Of a stretch of 32,000 nt of DNA, positions 27,983 to 32,000 are shown piece by piece. Origin of the DNA: Synechococcus sp. (GTDB lineage: Bacteria; Cyanobacteriota; Cyanobacteriia; Thermostichales; PCC-7336); NCBI GenBank assembly GCA_051439605.1, contig JBFRWN010000044.1:109853-141852 (forward strand). Reading direction: 5' to 3'. The position numbers and the translations under genes were made by a program. Below the pieces are notes generated by a model that ran no database searches, had not been told where the DNA came from, and saw only the letters and a program-made list of their open reading frames with translations. Within the stretch, counting starts at the first letter, position 1. Each line of letters opens with the position of its first letter.

Positions 27983-29137
27983 TTACCGTTTCTTAAGATG
28001 TAAAGAGACATGGATGATTTGCTGAAGAGATTCGGGAACTTCTAAATAGATTGCATTCGCAATCTCTCCGAAAATAGTTGCTAAAGAACCAGGATATATC
28101 ATAATTGACAAGCCATATTTAACAAGACAAGCAGTCAGAGCAAGCTCTTCGATTAAATATTGGCGAGACAATTCTACAAAGTTTTCGAAATTGTCAGCAT
28201 TCCGTTCGATGTGCCGAAGTGTAAAGTCATCGGCACAAGCTTTAACTGAAAGGGCAAATCTGCTATCTTGGGCAACTAAATCTTCTATTCGCTTGAGATT
28301 TTTATAATACTCATCTGAATTTTCGATCTCTGAAGCACAGATCGTATCGATATGGCAGGTGTCTGCATGTCGTTCAAAGATGCCGCTTGACTTGTCTATG
28401 AATTCTCTCCCGAGAAGCAGTGCTTTGGTACGTGCTCGCCTTTCGCCAATACCTCTGTGGATTTGCAATGTATATTGATGAATGCTATCAGCAATAAATA
28501 CCGTGCATCTCTTGTAATGATTTGCGATCCAATCTACTGTTGCTATCAACCTTGGCATTGAAAATTTTTTGTTTTCTAAACTTACTCCTAAAAAGCAATG
28601 TTCGTTCTGATTAAGCTTTTTCCGAGCAGTATTCGGAATAACATTGCTCACCAGTGCGCGATATCTAGAGCGAGTTAAAAAGGATATTTCCTGTCGCGGT
28701 TTTATCAGCTTTTCGTATTCTCTATACTCCATTCTCAAGAGATGTCGGTAAGACCCTAGATAACAGGAAATTTCTTGATTTTGGAGCAAATCTTGCGCAA
28801 GTATGGTTTCCATCTGATAGATATTTCCGAAGGGGGGGATGGTACCATACTCGCACCCGGGAAATAACTGGCTAGCTTCTTGTCGATCGATCAACCTAAC
28901 CTGGGTTGTCCCTAAAGCTTTTTGAAGAGATCCCAAATTAATTGCTAAACTCGCGGGGATCACCACCATAGCTTTGTGATGATGTTCGATTTCTACGATT
29001 ACAGCTTCAATTAGCTCCATTCCTAACATGGATTTATAGTCCGAAAGTTCCTGCTCTGTACAAGCTGGTGAATGTTCGATCGTTATATATTTGATCTTGT
29101 TCTGATTTAAAACATCCTGGACTTTCTGAATCATCAT
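27983..29137 (-). CDS. Fusion of a YbaK/ProX-like aminoacyl-tRNA editing domain (N-term) with a cyclodipeptide synthase-like domain (C-term)
   Basis: 384-aa ORF. N-term: YITIEHSPACTEQELS, AVIVEIEHHHKAMVVIPASLAINLGSLQKALG, LIDRQEASQLFPGCEYGTIPPFGNIYQM, EISCYLGSYRHLLRMEYREYEKLIKP. C-term: EHCFLGVSLENKKFSMPRLIATVDWIANHYKRCTVFIADSIHQYT, HIERNADNFENFVELSRQYLIEELALTACLVKYGLSIMIYPGS. The latter resembles the CDPS G-x-S...F...V.(I/V)D, Y-x3-E and late Tyr motifs. Confidence 0.72.
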   Translation of the reverse strand: MMIQKVQDVLNQNKIKYITIEHSPACTEQELSDYKSMLGMELIEAVIVEIEHHHKAMVVIPASLAINLGSLQKALGTTQVRLIDRQEASQLFPGCEYGTIPPFGNIYQMETILAQDLLQNQEISCYLGSYRHLLRMEYREYEKLIKPRQEISFLTRSRYRALVSNVIPNTARKKLNQNEHCFLGVSLENKKFSMPRLIATVDWIANHYKRCTVFIADSIHQYTLQIHRGIGERRARTKALLLGREFIDKSSGIFERHADTCHIDTICASEIENSDEYYKNLKRIEDLVAQDSRFALSVKACADDFTLRHIERNADNFENFVELSRQYLIEELALTACLVKYGLSIMIYPGSLATIFGEIANAIYLEVPESLQQIIHVSLHLKKR

Positions 29138-29149
29138 GACCGATAAATT

Positions 29150-32000
29150 CTATATGTCGTGACAGACTTCTAGTTCTTTTTTGGCTTCGGGATGCGTGGC
29201 TAGATAATCCTTTAGCCAATTGCATCCCTTGTCTATGAGTTCCTCGTAGCTGGCAATTGGCCACAGATAAGCAATTCCATTGGCTGAAGCAGTGACTATC
29301 TGTTCTCCATCGGGACTGAAGCTGGCGCTATGGACTGCATCGCCTTGATGATCCGTAAAAAGAGGGAATAGTTTGCCCTGCAAGTCCCACTGGCGAACGG
29401 AGCCATCTGCCGAGCCAGTGAGCAAATGCTTCCCATCGTGACTGAAACTGACGCTATGGACTGCACCTTCGTGGCCAGCGAATTCTTCTTGCAGTTGATT
29501 GGTCTTTAAGTTCCACAGGCGAGCAGTTTTATCCGCCGATCCAGTCAATAGATAGTCTCCTTCAGGACTAAAGCTAACGCTCCAGATCCAGCCTGTATGG
29601 CCTGGGAATTCTTGCACTTGATTGCCCTGCAAGTCCCACAGTCGTGCCGTGCCGTCAGCCGATCCTGTCGCAACCTGCTGCCCGTCAGGACTGAATTGTA
29701 CACTCCATACCTCAGTCTTCTCGCCGACGACAGTTGCGAGTTCTATCACGTCTGCAACGTCTATAACCTCCCCTTGTGGACGATCTGGCAAGTCATAGAT
29801 ACGAACCGTGCCGTCAGACGAGCCAGTGACTAACTGCTGACCGTTGGGGCTAAAATCGACCCCCCAGACCCAATCCTTGTGACCAATAAATGTGGCTAGC
29901 TGATTCCCTTCTAAGTCCCACAAGCGGGCGCTACCATCTGCCGATCCGGTTGCAAGCTGCAGTTCGTTGGGGCTAAAACTCACCTCCAGTACCGTTCCCT
30001 CATGGCCGATAAAATTCGCTTGCTGATTCCCCTGCAAGTCCCATAAACGAGCGGTGCTATCTGCCGAACCTGTGGCTAGTTGCTGCCCGTTGGGGCTGAA
30101 ACTGGCGCTATAGATGAGACCCGAATGACCGATGAACTTAACCTGCTGCATATTCTTCAAGTTCCACAGTCGAGCAATGCCATCGGTCGAACCCGTTGCA
30201 AGCTGCTCTCCATTGGGACTGAACTCAACGCTCCAAACTTGGCCACGATGCCCTCTAAATTCTTCAAGTTGATCTCCCCGTAAGTTCCACAGGCGAGCTG
30301 TGCCGTCTTCCGAGCTTGTCACTAATTGCTGGCCATCCGAGCGGAACCGGATGTTATAAACCGGCCCACGGTGACCTCTCAATTCTTTCACTAGAGCACC
30401 CTGTAAATTCCACAGGCGAGCTCTTCCATCTTCTGCGCCGGTTGCTAACTGTTGCCCATCGGGACTGAAATTCACACTGTAGACTGCACCTTCGTGGCCT
30501 GTAAATTCGATCGAGCGATCGCCCTCGATATCCCACAGACGGGCGGTGCCACCTGCCGAACCCGTTGCGAGATACTTTCCATCGGGACTAAAGTTGACAC
30601 TCCAAATCCAGCCGTTGCTATCTGAGTATTCATGCAGGAGGTTGCCCTCTAAGTCCCACAGACAAGCTGTACCGTTATCCGAACCGGTAGCCCACTGCTG
30701 ACCATCGGGGCTAAAACTAATGCTCAAGACTTTGCCCTGAAGGTCCTTAGTGAATTGAATCAATCGATCGCCCTGTAAGTCCCACAGGCGAGCCGTACCA
30801 TCCCACGATCCAGTCGCTAGGTACTGACCATCGGGACTGAAACTGACAGTCTGGACTCTGTCCAGATGGCCTTCTAACTCTCGCAGTAGATTGCCCCGTA
30901 AATCCCATAAGCGGGCCACACCATCTTGCGAGCCGGTAGCCAGCTGCTGACCATCGGGACTGAAACTGACACTCCAGATTTCACTCTCAAGGGGTTGAAA
31001 TTGATTGCGTTCTTCAATCCCGTAAAGAATTTTCCCCAGTGCCATCACAACCGTCGGTGCTTGTGCAAGTAGATTTTTTCCTTCACCCATTCTTTGTGCA
31101 GACTGCATTGACATCAGCAAGGCTTTTAACTGTGAAGAGGTCTCGAACTCGCGCAAAGCCTCTAACCCCTCCCGTTCCAGTTTCAATGCGCGCAGTCTAG
31201 ATTGACTTTCCCTAAAGACCAGTCCTCCGACTATGGTTGAGACTGTCAGACCGATCAAGAGTACTGCCGTCGCTTGTTGAAGCCGCTGCTTTGCCTTGCG
31301 AGAAGCATTATTGACGTGTTCTAGTGTTTTATTCGCTTGTTCCAGGCTTTGGTTGACTCGTTCCAGTTTTTGATTGGCTTTTTCTACTTTTTCCTTAGCG
31401 TGGCGTAATTTCTCTTTCGCATCTTGTTCCGCCTTCTTTGCTCGACGCTCGCTCTTCAACGCTGTTTCAATGTCCTGTTTCTCTCGTTCCCGACTGGCAT
31501 CTAAAAACTGATTGTCGTCATCGCTCAAGCTTTTCCCCTTTGCCCATACCTTCGCCTGCTGCAATGCCTCGCCCCGCAACAGACAGGTATCATCCTGGCG
31601 GTTGGAGGCAAGCCAAGCATTGAGGAATGCAGCATAGGGGCGCAGGTTCGCCAATTCCCCTGCCACCCAGTCCAAGTCAAAAATGGCCTGGTAGATAGGA
31701 TTGCGGGAGCGGATTTTATCCCGATCCTTCACCACCAACCCCGACAGGCGCAGGTCAATCTCCTCCAGACTTTCCGTAGCGCTAACTTCCCCCTGTTGCA
31801 GCACCCGTTCGTAAAGAGCCAGGATGCGCCCTTTACGGGGGTTAGGATTGCTCAAATCCTCTCTTAGCAGGCGATCGCGAATAGTCTTCAGGTGCTCGGG
31901 AACATCCTGTGCCTCCCACTTGTAAAGGATGCGATCGCGCACCAATTGGGCTACCCGGTCTAGCTCTTCCCCAGCAGCGATGGGGGACTCGGACGATTGA
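29150..32000 (-). CDS. WD40-repeat protein of the cyanobacterial AAA/STAND-WD40 type; N-terminus beyond right window edge
   Basis: About 931 aa from the internal GTG in the track, but the frame stays open to the edge (upstream codons read QSSESPIAAGEELDRVAQL before VRDRILYKWEAQDVPEHLKTIRDRLL). It has a coiled coil, a TM helix (ATAVLLIGLTVSTIVGGLVF) and about 14 WD40 repeats (QLATGSADGTARLWDLQG). Confidence 0.9.
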   Translation of the reverse strand, partial: QSSESPIAAGEELDRVAQLVRDRILYKWEAQDVPEHLKTIRDRLLREDLSNPNPRKGRILALYERVLQQGEVSATESLEEIDLRLSGLVVKDRDKIRSRNPIYQAIFDLDWVAGELANLRPYAAFLNAWLASNRQDDTCLLRGEALQQAKVWAKGKSLSDDDNQFLDASREREKQDIETALKSERRAKKAEQDAKEKLRHAKEKVEKANQKLERVNQSLEQANKTLEHVNNASRKAKQRLQQATAVLLIGLTVSTIVGGLVFRESQSRLRALKLEREGLEALREFETSSQLKALLMSMQSAQRMGEGKNLLAQAPTVVMALGKILYGIEERNQFQPLESEIWSVSFSPDGQQLATGSQDGVARLWDLRGNLLRELEGHLDRVQTVSFSPDGQYLATGSWDGTARLWDLQGDRLIQFTKDLQGKVLSISFSPDGQQWATGSDNGTACLWDLEGNLLHEYSDSNGWIWSVNFSPDGKYLATGSAGGTARLWDIEGDRSIEFTGHEGAVYSVNFSPDGQQLATGAEDGRARLWNLQGALVKELRGHRGPVYNIRFRSDGQQLVTSSEDGTARLWNLRGDQLEEFRGHRGQVWSVEFSPNGEQLATGSTDGIARLWNLKNMQQVKFIGHSGLIYSASFSPNGQQLATGSADSTARLWDLQGNQQANFIGHEGTVLEVSFSPNELQLATGSADGSARLWDLEGNQLATFIGHKDWVWGVDFSPNGQQLVTGSSDGTVRIYDLPDRPQGEVIDVADVIELATVVGEKTEVWSVQFSPDGQQVATGSADGTARLWDLQGNQVQEFPGHTGWIWSVSFSPEGDYLLTGSADKTARLWNLKTNQLQEEFAGHEGAVHSVSFSHDGKHLLTGSADGSVRQWDLQGKLFPLFTDHQGDAVHSASFSPDGEQIVTASANGIAYLWPIASYEELIDKGCNWLKDYLATHPEAKKELEVCHDI

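Noticed and set aside
29170-31000. Second periodic repeat region
   Set aside because: Again explained by tandem WD40 repeats in the coding sequence.
1-32000. CRISPR arrays, tRNA and rRNA genes
   Set aside because: Scanning intergenic regions by eye showed no direct-repeat/spacer arrays and no recognisable tRNA or rRNA. A computational scan (tRNAscan-SE, Infernal) would be needed to exclude small ncRNAs.

Overview
The window is a cyanobacterial-type chromosome segment with frequent GCGATCGC (HIP1-like) octamers. Most of it is ordinary cyanobacterial gene content: purE, htpG, a RsbW-like anti-sigma kinase, a GT39/ArnT-like glycosyltransferase, two class-V PLP enzymes, a coiled-coil protein, a solitary C5-cytosine methyltransferase, an alpha/beta hydrolase, dcd, a TAT-signal caspase-like pseudoenzyme, a DUF3318-like protein, a GNAT and scpA. 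It also has several decayed loci: a chlD relic lacking both its N-terminus and its vWA core, an SDR relic with a nonsense codon in the Gly-rich motif and an internal deletion, and two transposase fragments. The most interesting region is the right end, about 26.6-32 kb. There a WD40-repeat (probable STAND/AAA) protein is followed 12 bp downstream, on the same strand, by a 384-aa protein. That protein reads as an N-terminal YbaK/ProX-like aminoacyl-tRNA editing domain fused to a C-terminal cyclodipeptide synthase (CDPS)-like domain. A convergent gene beside it encodes an FHA domain fused to a PrsW-like membrane domain with eroded catalytic motifs. All family assignments come from reading motifs by eye; no searches were run.
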